This document shows, in pieces, positions 1 through 12,094 of a DNA stretch of 64,000 bases. The notes beneath the pieces were generated by a model. That model saw nothing but the letters and a program-made list of their open reading frames with translations. It was not told the DNA's origin and did no database searches. The DNA lies in assembly GCF_032191835.1 (NCBI RefSeq), contig NC_083227.1:108872001-108936000 (forward strand), read 5' to 3'. The DNA is from Heteronotia binoei (Eukaryota). The position numbers and the translations under genes are program-made. Every line of letters begins with the position of its first letter. The first letter of the stretch is position 1.

Positions 1-813
1 TATGCATATTAACCAGTGCTGGTAAGCTCTGGGTAAATCAATACATTGGCAGACCTGAGTCAAGGGGGTGAGGAGATCTGGTAACTTTCTTTCCTGGCAT
101 AGATCTCACAGCACACATGAGATACAGACCTCTTTGAGATCTAGAAAAGTGACTATGTTTTTCATCCATCCAGCCGATCTAGAGTGTTGAAGGACTCTTG
201 ATATTGTAAGGTAACTGAGATCTGCAAAAGTTTTCACTTGTATCTTTGGATTCTCTGGATTAATTACTGAAGTATTGATATCCAGCACATATAAGTTTGG
301 TGTCTGTTGGAAAATAAAGCCTGGCTGGCTACACCCACTTTTAATGTACCAACAGTCAGACTGCAGACTCTCTTTGGTGGGTTCAAAATACTTCCTTGGT
401 TCCAATTTACATTTTGGGGGAAAGTGAGATTGAGTGTGGGTGGACATGAAGATCAGAGGCCTTTAACAACAAAATTTGAGGCCAGTGGCACCTTTAAGAA
501 CCAACCAAGTTTTATTCTGGGTATCAGCTTTTGTTTGCATGTACACTGTTTCATTTAGATTGCACACACACTTATTTTATCTGACATGAGCCTGTTTTTT
601 TTGCTATTAATCATTGATCTTATTCATTGTTTTGCTGCTGTTGGTTTTATGAGGTGAGCCATCCTGAGCCCATTTTGTGGATAGGACAGGATATGTTGAA
701 TACATGAAATGAAATGAAAGTTTGATTTCTGAGTATAAGTGAAAACCGAATGATTTAGGTATCAACAGCAGCTGTAAATTGTAGCATATACTGAATCCAA
801 CATGTAGTTTGTC

Positions 814-1080
814 GCAGCCAGTTTAGTGCAGTAGTTAAGTGCATGGACTCTTATTTGGGAGAACTGGGTTTGATTCCCCACTCCTGCACTTGCAGCTGCT
901 GAAATGGCCTTGGGTCAATCATCACTTTTGTAGGAGTTGTCCTTGAAAGGGCAGCTGCTGTAAGAGCTCTCTTAGCTCAGCCTGCCTCACAGGGTGTCTG
1001 TTGGGGGGTGGGGGAAAGTAAAGGAGATTGTGAGCCACTCTGATTCAAAGTATAGGGCGGGATATAAATCCAATAATAAT
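814..1080 (+). mobile_element. MIR/Ther1-derived tRNA SINE (Squam3-like)
   Basis: agccagtttagtgcagtagttaag...gggtttgattccccac head, cctcacaggg core, gggcgggatataaat tail. Confidence 0.85.
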
Positions 1081-1224
1081 ATCCTCCTCCTTCTTCCTCC
1101 TCATTTCAATTTATACCCCATCCCTACCCCCTAGCAAAAAAACACACACCCATGCCTCATGTCAGAAAAATATTTGTGTGTGTGTGTAACCCCAGAAACT
1201 CTAGTGTCTGAAAAAATATCAAAA

Positions 1225-2115
1225 AGTAAGAAGGCACTGTGAAGGGGGCTATAGACACCACTTTGTTGGTATTAAAGGTGCCACTGGGCTCCAACTCAGT
1301 TCTCACATTTGTTGACTGCTTTATTATCTGTAAGAGCCCCGTGGCGCAGAGTGGTAAAGCTGCAGTACTGCAGTCTGAGCTCCCTGCTCACGACCTGAGT
1401 TCGATCCCAGGAGAAGTTGGGTTCAGGTAGCCGACTCCAAGTTGACTCAGCCTTCCATCCTTCCAAGGTCAGTAAAATGAGTACCCAGCTTGCTGGGGGG
1501 GAAGTGTAGATGACTGGGGAAGGCAATGGCAAACCACCCCGTAAAAACATTGTGAAAGCAACGTCACCCCAGAGTCAGACACGACTGGTGCTTGCACAAG
1601 GGACTACCTTTACCTTATTATCTATATACTAATTTATTGTGATTTACACATCTTACCCAATGTGTTATTCCAATCTTAGCTGGATTTATTGTTCAATTAC
1701 TTACCCCTCCTTTCTTACCTATATGTAATACTTGAGGAAATCTGTTTCAGTGAATCTTAAGGAGTGGACATACTAAGCTTCTCAGTTGTACCCATAATGA
1801 AATGTTGTTTGACTTGTAGGTAAAAACTGAAACCTCAAACCTTACTCCCATATGTTTGTTAACTCTTGTGTTTGCATGCTAAATTTATGCAATTCACAGA
1901 TCTTTCTCATATCCAGTCTCAGCTGTAATCAGCTATAATCACCCAGTATTTTATGCATCTTGGCTTTTCTGACAACTACCCAACCCCTGTAAGTAAGGGT
2001 TGAGGAAACTGTTTTCAGTGTATCTGACGAAGTGTGCTAGCACAGGATAGCTTATACCCAGAATAAAACTTATTAAGTCTTAAAGGTGTTGCTGGACTCA
2101 AACTTTGTTCAACTA
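1225..2115 (+). mobile_element. Penelope-like element (PLE) pseudo-LTR remnants, interrupted by the Sauria SINE
   Basis: Repeated unit ttgaggaaa..ttcagtg.atct (about 1740 and 2000), hammerhead-like core at 2020-2057, terminal taaaggtg..ctggactc motif. Confidence 0.6.
1333..1614 (+). mobile_element. Sauria SINE (tRNA head, BovB-related tail), near full length
   Basis: A box gtggcgcagagtgg, B box gagttcgatcc, tail actacctttacc. TSD TTATTATCT(g/a)TA at 1321-1332 and 1615-1626. Confidence 0.9.
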
Positions 2116-2387
2116 GTTAATGATTGGAGAAGAAATTGGGGGGGAAGAATAACATTGTATTGCTATGTTGCATACATACTGCTATAGTATTTGGGGGTTC
2201 TTTTGGCAGATAGATATTTTGTGTCTTCTTCAAGCCTGTGATTGTTTACATTCATTTAAATGGATGCTGAACCAGATCCTTTTGAAAATTAATGGCCCCA
2301 GCAAGCCTATTTTTTTTTTCAAAATGACTACACTCTTAAAGACTTGGTCTAGTAGGTGTGTATTGACAATTGTTCACCACCTGGGTA

Positions 2388-2868
2388 TAGGATTGCCAAT
2401 CCCCAGTTGGGGGCAGGGGTCCCACAGTTTGGAGGCCCTCCCCCTGCTTCAGGGTCATCAGAAAACAGCAGGGGGGGGAAGGGAAATGTTCCCCTAAAGC
2501 TTTTCTGTATTGCCTTTTACTGTCAAATTTGTGACCATTAGTTTGTCCTATACACATGATATGTATATTTGCAGATCTTAAAGTGACTATTCTAAAAGTG
2601 AATTTCAAAAACAAGACACAGCAAGAGACCTCTGAGATACTGCTATAACCACTGGCCAACTCCCACCTTTTTCTGGGTTTGGCCCGGTCCATGGGCATTG
2701 TTGGGGGGGTGCTCCCTAAATTTAAGGGGGGGAGCTTCTCCATAAATTCATAGGCAGTGATAATGGAGGCCCCTCCCTGTGATGTCACTGGCTCCTTCTT
2801 ATAATGTCACTGGATCAAATGTCTCTGGCTGCCCCCCCGCCCAGGAAATTGAAAAGTCTACGCCCCTG
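2388..2868. mobile_element. hAT-like MITE with two different ends
   Basis: Left end taggattgccaat matches the TAGGGTTGCCA family; right end is the reverse complement of CAGGGGCGTAGAC. An inverted copy lies at 60417-60848. Confidence 0.7.
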
Positions 2869-3350
2869 GCCAGGCCATGTCAGGTCGGGCCATGTGTGTT
2901 CCTATTTTAGATTAGGTAACAGAGATGCAAACTTTATAAAGGACACAAAACACAATTAAAGATTTTTTAAAAACTTAAAACGTATTTAAAACATTAGCAC
3001 TCGTTAGTCTTAAATGTGCTTTCTTTGTATTTCTCCCATGCGATCCAGGGAACTTGGCAAAGGAAACTCTGGCTCTTTCTTTCCTTCCCCAAGGAACCCG
3101 GAGGGGAAGGAGCCTCAGCCAATAGAAGTAAGAGAGGCATGGCTAAGTAACTCTGCTGTGCAATTGAGAAAGCCTGGCAAAACAACCTATCCCTCCTCCC
3201 CATGGAAGGAGCCTCAGCTAATGGAGAAAATCAAGGTTTTGCTTTGTAGCTCCTGTGCGATTGAGCAAGCCTTGCAAAGCAACCTGTTATGCAGAAGGAA
3301 GCTAGAGAGAGGGAGAAGGAAGCAGATGATAGCCAGTTGCTTGGGGCCCT
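2869..3350 (+). mobile_element. 5'-truncated hAT MITE (CAGGGGTGTCAAAC family)
   Basis: gccaggccat...aggtaacagagat...aaactttataaagg...cacaattaaagat also follows a caggggtgtcaaac terminus at 47818-47970. Confidence 0.55.
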
Positions 3351-4124
3351 AAGCATTATTCTGGAAGCACTGAAATCCAGTCAGATCATAGTCACTCAAA
3401 ATATCAGCAACAATTTCCTGTTGCTTCCAAAATCAGAAAATTCCCATTGACTCGTCCTTTGGATATGTTTTCTGATAATGTGCATGCAAAGCAAGACAGC
3501 ATGTGAGAAAAGAAGCCAAGTCTAATTGTTGAACAAAATCCAACAGTTTGGCACTAAAAAGCTGGTTTTCCTTCTAATTTCTAGTGGCACTTTGGAAAAG
3601 CTCCAAAGCACTGGTAGACTGGAATGTGCCAGTTATTTGAAATTGCTGGAGTCTGGCACTAGTGCCTCTGTTGCTAAGATGCTGGGCTGCTGCTGAACCC
3701 ACCCAGGGAAGTGGCAGTCACATTCCTGGGAGGAAGACTCCCCTTCCAAGACAATGGCCATTCAGTGAAAGTGACACTGCTCCTGAGGCAGATGCTTATC
3801 TCCAGTCTATAATCAAATGAATGTGCTGAGGGATTCCAAGTTGTGGACATAACAACCGTTTTGTGTCTTGATAATAGAGCCAGTGCTCCCAAGTCAATCC
3901 TTATACCAATTGCACTGAGAGACGGGGTGGGAAAGAGGGCAGTGAGCCATTTGGCCTCCTACAACTTTTTGTTTAGAAAAAGAACTATTCTTCCAACACA
4001 CTTCTGTCCTCCTAACAAGACCTGGAGGGAACAAAAGGCTGGGACTTTCCATTACCTATCATTAGGCCTATGACATTAACTGACAATGAAAAATATCTTG
4101 GATGGAACAAAATGTATCTATAGG

Positions 4125-4290
4125 CCGCCGGTTTTATTCTATCTTGTTTTTATTAATTTATGGTTTAATTGTATTTTTAAATGTTTTAAACTGAAGTTGT
4201 TTGAATTATTATGTTGTAAGCCGCCCTGAGACACTTAGGTGAGAAGGGCGGGGTATAAATCTTAATATAAATAAAATAAAATAAATAAAA
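4125..4290 (+). mobile_element. L2 3' tail fragment
   Basis: AT-rich run, then tgtaagccgccctgag...gggcggggtataaat and (AAATA)n. Confidence 0.7.
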
Positions 4291-4869
4291 TGAATAGTTC
4301 CTCCTCCTGAAAAAAATGGAGAAGCTGGCAATTCTCCAACAACCCCCACTCCTATCCTGCCCCTCTTCACTTAGAATCCATTCTAAGAAGAGACTGAGTT
4401 TCTTATTATCTACACTTAAAACTTAATTTCTGCAATTAGAGCTGCTGGGATTTAAGCCTGGAACTAGAATATTGGAACGACTGGATCATAATGTGGGACC
4501 ATGTCGCCAGTTTAAATCCTTCTATACCATGAATTTCCTAAACTGGCATAGGCAAGCTACTATCAACATCAAAACCTTCCCTCAGCAAAACTAATAATTT
4601 GAATCCAGGTTACAGAGTTGTTGCATGTATATTACATGTAAAGTACTTGGCAGAATTGTAAAGCATAGCATACTAAGTATAGTGATCATAACGTTACTCG
4701 CTATAGAAACCCCTCTTCCCAAATACAGACATCTTGTAAGAGCAGCTGTTGTTCAGTTTTGAGGGAAATGCACTCTGTACATGCTAAGAGGCACCATTCT
4801 CACAGGTTCCTGATCTTGCAAAGAAGTGTCAGAGCTAAGCCATTGCAATTCCTGACTCAACTTAAACGT

Positions 4870-6260
4870 GGAGCATTCTGAGTCTGCAGCAGCCAACTGC
4901 AAGCAACTGTCTGAATCTGCGAGCTTCCTGGCGTTTTGCCTACGACCATATTACGCACCATTCTTTCAGACTGCTGGAAAGTGTTCCTGTAGCTTTAAGA
5001 GGCAAGCCTCTCTTGGCATACAAAAAAAGCCTATGGATTGTACCAAGTGAATTCGTAAAGGCGGGGGATTAGTGCGATGTGGCGGTATCGTAAAACCTTC
5101 GGAAAAGCTTGAATAAGTGCTGAAAAATTTAAATTTAAAAATATCGTACCTCTTAGATTTCTTTTTGAGCTCAAATAATATGCTCAGAAATTTAGAGCGA
5201 TTCTTTCCCCTTCGAGGGATCACTTTCTTCCCCCTTTTCTCATACGGCATCGGACCATCCTTCACTCTGATCTTTTAAAGGAAAAGCTGACTAGCCGGAC
5301 AAGAGAGTGGGTGGTACTGGGCTCATGTGCCCTTTAAGGACGGATTTTTGTGTGCCCGGGAGGATATTGTACTTAAGCTGGCAAGGGGGGTGATGAGTTA
5401 AGTATCCAGGTGAGTTCTTGTAGGGAAAGTGGTGCTTGTCTTTCTTCGTCGTCTCTTCCCCCCCCGCCCCCCCAAGGTTGCAAGCCGGCGCTGGAGACGC
5501 TTCGCTTTGGGCGAAGGTTTGACTGACAAGAATAGTCTGAACTTAAGTATTAACGGAGTTGATTTTTTCCCCAAAGTACTTTTCTGCGTAGCTATGCTTC
5601 TTTCTCGGGTCCCCTTGCGCATCTGTGCAAGGAGAAGTTTTCCTGCAAGACTGCAGATCTTTTTCCTTGCTTGGCTTGGCAAGTCTCCTAGTTGGTGAAA
5701 TGTCCTTTGAGGAAGCCGAGCCAGAGACTGGAAAAAATGTCTTTTTCTTGAACTCAGTATTTTTTTCTCCCTCCCTCCCCCCCCCCAATCCACCCCCACT
5801 CGGGGCCCCTTTCCTGTGCGCACCGCTTGAATGTTTTGCGGTGAGGATCCTGGTTTGCATCTTGGCTGAACATTCCGGGTTCCGTGTGCTTAGTGGCGAG
5901 ATTCCTTGGCGGGGAGGATCGCGCTCGCTCGGAACTTGGCAGATTTGACTTGGTGTTTGTTTAAGCACGTGGAAGAGCGCTTCCCTCTGTCTCCCGCTGA
6001 CCTGGCTCCAGTAACTTCTTTGACGGGGGTTTCCCTCCTTCCAAAGGTAACGTTTCCACCCCCCCGCCCCAAGGTGCTGTCTGTTGTAGCCTTTGGCGGC
6101 TCCTTTTTCGTGCGGCTTTGTTATTCCTGCGGTTCCTGACACCCACACTTTCCTCTTCCTCCCAAACGCTATTTGATATGGGACCCTTTCTTTCACCTCG
6201 CGAATTCTTTCTGTGGAAAAAAAGTTAAAAGTTGTGGGCTTCTCTCGGGAGCAGCCAGTT
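4870..6260 (+). promoter_or_regulatory. CpG island: probable HYAL2 promoter and non-coding first exon ending at 5409
   Basis: High CpG density against a CpG-depleted background, GC box GGCGGG near 5059, consensus donor CAG|GTGAGT at 5409/5410, and a matching acceptor at 7572/7573. Confidence 0.65.
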
Positions 6261-7626
6261 AGCCTGTGTAGAAGAGTGATGTTTGAGAACAAAGGATGAC
6301 CTTTAATTTAATTTAAAACTTGAATTCGCAAGCTTTGTTTTATTGAAATTCAGGCAAGAGGGAAGGAAAACTTGTTAAATCAGAACTTTATTCTTTTTAA
6401 AATATCCATAGTCTCCTGGACCAACTGGCCTATCAAAACTTATCTACCGAGATGAGGTCATCCTGTTGCCCAGCTCATCTTGGGAAAAGCTTCCCCCCAC
6501 TCCCAAAGTTGTAGGGTCTACCTTTGTGTTTATGTGCTTTTATTTGTCTGCTGAGTCCTGCCATGGAGCTTTTGGCCCATCTGGATGCTTGTAGGGTGAT
6601 CCTTTCTTGCTTTAGGGCCACACACTAAGTTAGGATTATGCTGACAAAGTCGATGTTGAAACTCCAGTGGAAAGCAAGTGAAAAGGTGTCTTTAACAAAT
6701 ACCCATCCTGGGAAAGGGCCCTGCAGTGCTGGCAGGCCTGAAGCTCTCAAGTAAATGCTTCTGGTCTCCCAGAGCCATGTCCCCGCATGCCGACTCATCA
6801 GGCCCCAGTTGAACAACTCTGTGTGGCTTGCTTCTCTGCCAGGGTTTGCTTTACTCCTTGCTCCTTATGTGATTTTATTTATTTATTCTATGATTTGTAT
6901 CCCGCCCTTCCCATAGATGGCTCAGGGCGGCTCACAGCAGACGATAAAACAGAATTTAAATTAACATTTACATATATAAGCGCTTCAAGGTCCAGCTGGA
7001 TTGTGCCTGCCATGCTTTTGTTGGGTTGGAGTGACTGTGCCATCTGCTCAAAGACTGCAGCTTCGGCTATTGTAATTTGCTAGAGTGTGCTGCTGTTGTG
7101 ATGCAAGAGAAGGAGCATTTAGCGATGTGCTGCTCCATCATCACTGTACATCAATGTAGGCAGTTGCATTAACTTTTTTTCTTTAATCAGTTTCTTCCCT
7201 AGTGTGCAATTTTATCCTGCCTTTCCTCAAAACCGCTCAGTGGGGTGGAGGGCTCTTTATTTCCCATTTAACCCTTAGAACACCACTGTGAGGCTTAGTA
7301 AGGGGGTTGTGTTGAAAGAAGGTCACTGGTCCAGTGTCACACCACAAGTTTCATTGTGTTAGGGATCTGAACGCTGATATCCCAGAATCTAGACCAGCAT
7401 TCAAACCACTGGCTTATGATGAAGAGTGATGAGTGTTCTGACAGAAAGGAAAAGAGGCAAAAGTCCAAGTGGAGAGTTTTATTCAGGGTAGCATTGTATG
7501 CTGTTGACTGGACAGAAATGAAATGGTGCCTTTTTCTTGCTTTGCTATAATTGCATCTGCTTTCTCTTGCAGTCTCTGTTCTATAATACTCCATCGTCTT
7601 ATTTCCAAGCAGTTTGGAGAGAGAGG

Positions 7627-8553
7627 ATGCAGGGAGGCTCTGCACTGGCACTGACATGGCTCATGATCCTTGCTGTCGCTGGTGCCCCTGGGCAGTATGA
7701 GAAGCCAGCCTTTACCCCCATCTTCACAGGTAGGCCTTTCATTGTGGCCTGGAATGCACCAACCCAGGATTGCAAGCCCCGCTTCAAGGTCCAGCTGGAT
7801 TTCCGTATTTTTGACGTGCAGGCCTCACCCAATGAAGGCTTTGTGGACCAGAATCTGACCATATTCTATAAAGAGCGTTTGGGCCTCTATCCCTACTATG
7901 ATGGGCAGAAAGTGGCAGTGAATGGGGGTGTTCCACAAAACAGTAGTCTGCGGCTGCACCTGGAACGATTGCAGGGGGGCATCGATAAGTATATACGCTC
8001 TGAGAAGAAGGAGGGTCTGGCTGTCATTGACTGGGAAGAGTGGAGACCTATCTGGATCCGGAATTGGCAGACAAAAGACATTTACCGCAGTGCCTCCCGG
8101 CAACTTGTATTGTCTCGACGGCCTGAATTGCCAGAGGACCAAGTGAACAAAGTGGCCCAGTCTGAGTTTGAGTCATCAGCTCGTGAATTCATGGAGAAGA
8201 CCCTGCGATACGCCAAGAACTTCCGGCCCCGGCAACTGTGGGGCTTCTATCTCTTCCCAGATTGCTATAACCATGACTACAGCAAGAACCAGGAGAGTTA
8301 CACTGGTCGTTGTCCTGACGTAGAGGAGACACGCAATGACCATCTAGCTTGGCTCTGGAGAGAGAGCACTGCCCTTTACCCTTCCATATATTTGGACCAG
8401 GTACTAGCCTCCTCTGCAAATGGGCGGAAGTTTGTGAGATCTCGGGTAAAAGAGGCCTTGCGTATCTCCCAACGCCATCACGAGGACTATACTTTACCTG
8501 TCTTTGTCTACACTAGGCCCACTTATATCCGCAAACTGGATGTGTTAAGTGAG
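7627..8553 (+). CDS. HYAL2: Hyaluronidase-2, coding exon 1 (signal peptide plus most of the GH56 catalytic domain; 309 codons)
   Basis: ATG at 7627, downstream of acceptor tttctcttgcag|7573. Protein has PFIVAWNAPTQDC, GGVPQN, AVIDWEEWRP (catalytic D-x-E, codons 8029-8037), WGFYLFPDCYN and ALYPSIY. Ends GAG|gtaaga, phase 0. Confidence 0.96.
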
Positions 8554-9003
8554 GTAAGAGAGTTTTCCATGTTGGAACTGGGAAAGAGAACCAAAGAAAT
8601 GAGGGCAGTTGGTCCTGGATCTCTGTACCATCAGAGCACAAACCAGTACAACTTGTGCCTCACCAACTCAAATTCATCTTGGTAGGCATTGCGTGGCAGC
8701 CAACCAAGAGAGTGTAAGACTGTCAAAATGGGATGGGGCAGGGTTGTTAAGCCCATGGCTGGCTAGTGGGCTGCTCTCAGCTTGGTCTTGCAGGCCTGCT
8801 CTGGCAGTGACAGAGAAGCATTCTCTGAGCTTCCGATTGACAACAAAGCCCAGAGCAAACTGGCTTCCCAATTCTTGCTTTGCAAACCAGTGCTGAACCA
8901 CAGTGAAACTGGTCCTGGGAATGCTGCCACCAGGGATATGTCCAGTGGGGTGCAGGATGGGACTTCTGAGTCAGTGGGTTTAAGACTGAAGAGTAAGTTG
9001 ATC

Positions 9004-9241
9004 AAAAAGAGTTTCCGGATCAACATTAGGAAGAACTTCCTGACCGTTAGAGCAATTCCTCAGTGGAACAGGCTTCCTCGGGAGGTGGTGGGCTCTCCTG
9101 CCTTGGAGGTTTTTAAACAGAGGCTAGATGAAGATCCTGTGAATTTGGGGTAGGTATTTGTGGGTTTCCTGCATTGTGCAGGGGTTGGACTAGATGACCC
9201 TGGAGGTCCCTTCCAACTCTATGATTCTATTCTATGATTCT
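9004..9241 (+). mobile_element. CR1 3' end, in HYAL2 intron
   Basis: FRINIRKNFLTVRAIPQWNRLPREVVGSP, then ttggactagatgacc...cccttccaac and (ATTCTATG)n tail. Confidence 0.92.
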
Positions 9242-12094
9242 AACTCTTTCTGATATCAGTGCAACCTAATCATAAGTCTGTGGAAGGGTGAAGGCGTCTG
9301 CTGCTCCTGTGTCTTTCTAGTCAGCTGTCTGGCTATGGCAGTCCTCTGCAGGAAAATGCTGCTATTAATGGCTTTTTAATTCTCCTACAGAGAATCATTA
9401 GCTTGGCATTTTGCCAAGGCCTTTCCTAAAGGATAGTAAGCCCCTGGGTTGCATACATGTTGAATCAATTAGGATAGCTGAGTGCAGAAACCTGGAAAAG
9501 TTGGATGCAAGCCTCCAAACAGTGCTTGTGGGCAGTCTCAGTTCTCATTCACTGAGACATGCAGAAGAAGCAAGAGGGTATTTCCTGCTGTCCAAGTTCT
9601 ATTGCTTAGATTATGCAAGTTTATATGCTTCATGGAGGCCATTTATGACTATTCTGTTCTGTGTCAGGTGTTGTTCCTTCTGCCAGGGTGGTTTCCACAG
9701 AACTGCAAGGCAACTTCTAGATAACTCTAGCTAACACAGATTACCCCTTAGGTCTTAATATAGCAGGATGGAGTTTCTGCATCAAGATGATGGGGTATGT
9801 CTTTTCTCTTGTCTTGCATTTCAGTGAACTAGGGAGGGATTTGTTGCTTTATGGTAGCCCAGATTATTTGAAAAGCTGAGCTCACGCTAGAAATGAGTGT
9901 ACTGGGACTGATGTTCTTTATAGAGGAGGCTGAAAGAATGGTGTGAACTTCCTCCTTGTAGATGAGTTATTGAAATCCTGCAGGAAAGGCACCCTGAGAT
10001 CTCTGTGGATGATTACAGTACCCTTGTAATCTTGTCCTGCAGTGGTTGTGTGAAGGTGTGGGGAGATGCTAAAGCTGCCAACCACTGAAATGGCTGCAGT
10101 TTGTATTTTAAAGCTGTTCTCATGAAGCAGAGGTAGGCATGACACCAGCACAAGTCTTGGTGGAAAACCGGACTTCTTTCTCCTTCATTCTTCGCTTAGT
10201 TTCATGCTTGGCCTCTGACCACGCACAAGAGATGCTTTACTGCTGAGCATTTTCTTTTTTGTAAAAAAACCACCAGTGGCTAGGGTGAGTACTGAGACCT
10301 CAAAAATGCTGCCCTTGCTCTCATGTGGCTGGCTTTTCCCATGGATAGAGTGGAGCCTAGCAGTTTTTGTTTCATCCCTAATGCATGAAACTCAGCCAAT
10401 TTAACCAAAACTCATGAAGGTAAGCTATGCAAATAAAAGGCTAAAATGATTGCTTTAGGCATATTTATGAAAATGGTAGAAATTTTTTACAAAAATCATT
10501 AGAGAAGCCTAGCTGAGTGATTTGCTTCTTACTGCTTCTCTGGCAGTCTCTGACTACAAAATAACCACTGTGTAATTAAAGCAGTGAAGGAACAGGCATT
10601 GCATATTTTCTCTTTTGCTTAGGGCTTGCTACTTGCATTCTAGGCGGCATGCCTGTTGCCTTTCCTATTCATAATATACACCATTTTCTGTCCCTCATGC
10701 AGACCACATATTCTGCTGTTAATCAAGGGCTGTGTATGTGCAGATAGAATCTTTCTCTTTTGATAACGCTTAGAGGCGATGCTGGTGTACCGGCTGCCTG
10801 GCCGACACTTCATAATATTGTTATATGGGCTGGCTGGGAAGTTTTGCTCCAGCTTTTGAGAAGTGGCTGCTTCACAGTTCCCACAGGAAGCTCTGACAGG
10901 TTCTCAGCCTTGCTCAGGTACAGCCTGAAGTGTGGAAAGGAGCAAGGAAAAGGGCAATGTGTGGCCCGCGTGCTAACAATGAAATAAATGGGACAATTCC
11001 TGGCTGCTCTGCTTTGTGCATGCTAAATTTTAAAATTACAATAGGTTAGCATGGAGATGGCGCTAAGAAACAAAACCTCCAGAATCCAGCAGAGTGCTTC
11101 CTTCCAAAAAACAAAACAAAGCGGGGGGGGGGGCAGTTTCCCTAAAACTGACTGATAGAAATCATGGTAGTAAAGGAAGTTGGAGATATATGATTGCAAG
11201 GATGCAGCGTCAGTGTTGCATATGACTACTATCTGTCTGCCTGTTTGTGACTGTGAGGCCTGTACTTGCCTACACATGTGGCTAGATTCAAAATCTGAAG
11301 TGCCTTCCTGAGAGAAAGATCTCCTTGAGGCTTGATGCGAGAGGGATGAGAAGGTCCCGCTTTGCCTGCAGGCAGGGGTGTGTATATACAAACACAATAC
11401 TCTCACGGTTGGTGTGCATGGGACAAGCTGTAGGAGTCATATAATTCTACAGTGCAGATATGGAAGCAACCAAATTACTCTCGTGGATACTTTGAGCCAC
11501 TATGGTTAAGTGGTTAGAGCACTGGACTAGGATCTAGGTTCAACTGTTCACTCCCCATGAAATTTACTGGATTACCTTGAACCAGCATTAACTACTAGTC
11601 TACTTCTCAGGGTTGTTGTGAGGATAAAATGGGGAGCAGAGAATGATGTTTGATAGCCTGGGCTTTTTAGAAGGGTAGGATTAAAATGTGCTAGATAAAT
11701 AGATGTTGATCTGCCATCAGTATTTGGAATAAAAGGGTCAAATAAAATTTTTCGCATATGTGTAAGGCCAAGGCCAGCAAAGTCCTGTTGAGCAACCTGT
11801 TTACTGGGTCCTTTTTGTGCTCTGCCCCCGCCCTTAGCCTTTCCACCCCAAATCTGCTGACATCAAAGGCACTTGGTGTTGTGCCAAGTGGTTAGAATTT
11901 GACTGTTTGCCCTTCAGTCTTCATTGTGATTTTCTGAATTAACAGATGCCCAGAAACTACAAATCTCAGACTTGTTAGAACATGATAGGACCCCTTCTCA
12001 GTGGGAATCAGATCTGCTTTCTGATCTGACAACACCAGGTGATTGAGTCACAGCAGCCTACAAGTCTGAGCCAATTCAGAAATTCTGTCCCTTG

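Noticed and set aside
1336-1410. tRNA gene (also the tRNA-like heads at about 820, 12240, 26065, 34720 and 47570)
   Set aside because: A and B boxes are present but there is no intact cloverleaf, and each continues into a SINE body.
2336-2788. 150-aa ORF with a near-identical partner at 60506-60898, resembling a duplicated gene
   Set aside because: Both lie inside the duplicated MITE, have different C-termini and no protein motif. The similarity reflects DNA duplication only.
5398-6292. Cluster of overlapping ORFs up to 249 aa
   Set aside because: They lie in a GC-rich CpG island on both strands with no recognisable domain; expected by chance.
7537-7626. N-terminal extension of the 382-aa ORF (and its C-terminal run to 8685)
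   Set aside because: The extension crosses the acceptor at 7572/7573. The signal peptide starts at ATG 7627, and homology ends at the 8553 donor, so both ends are intron read-through.
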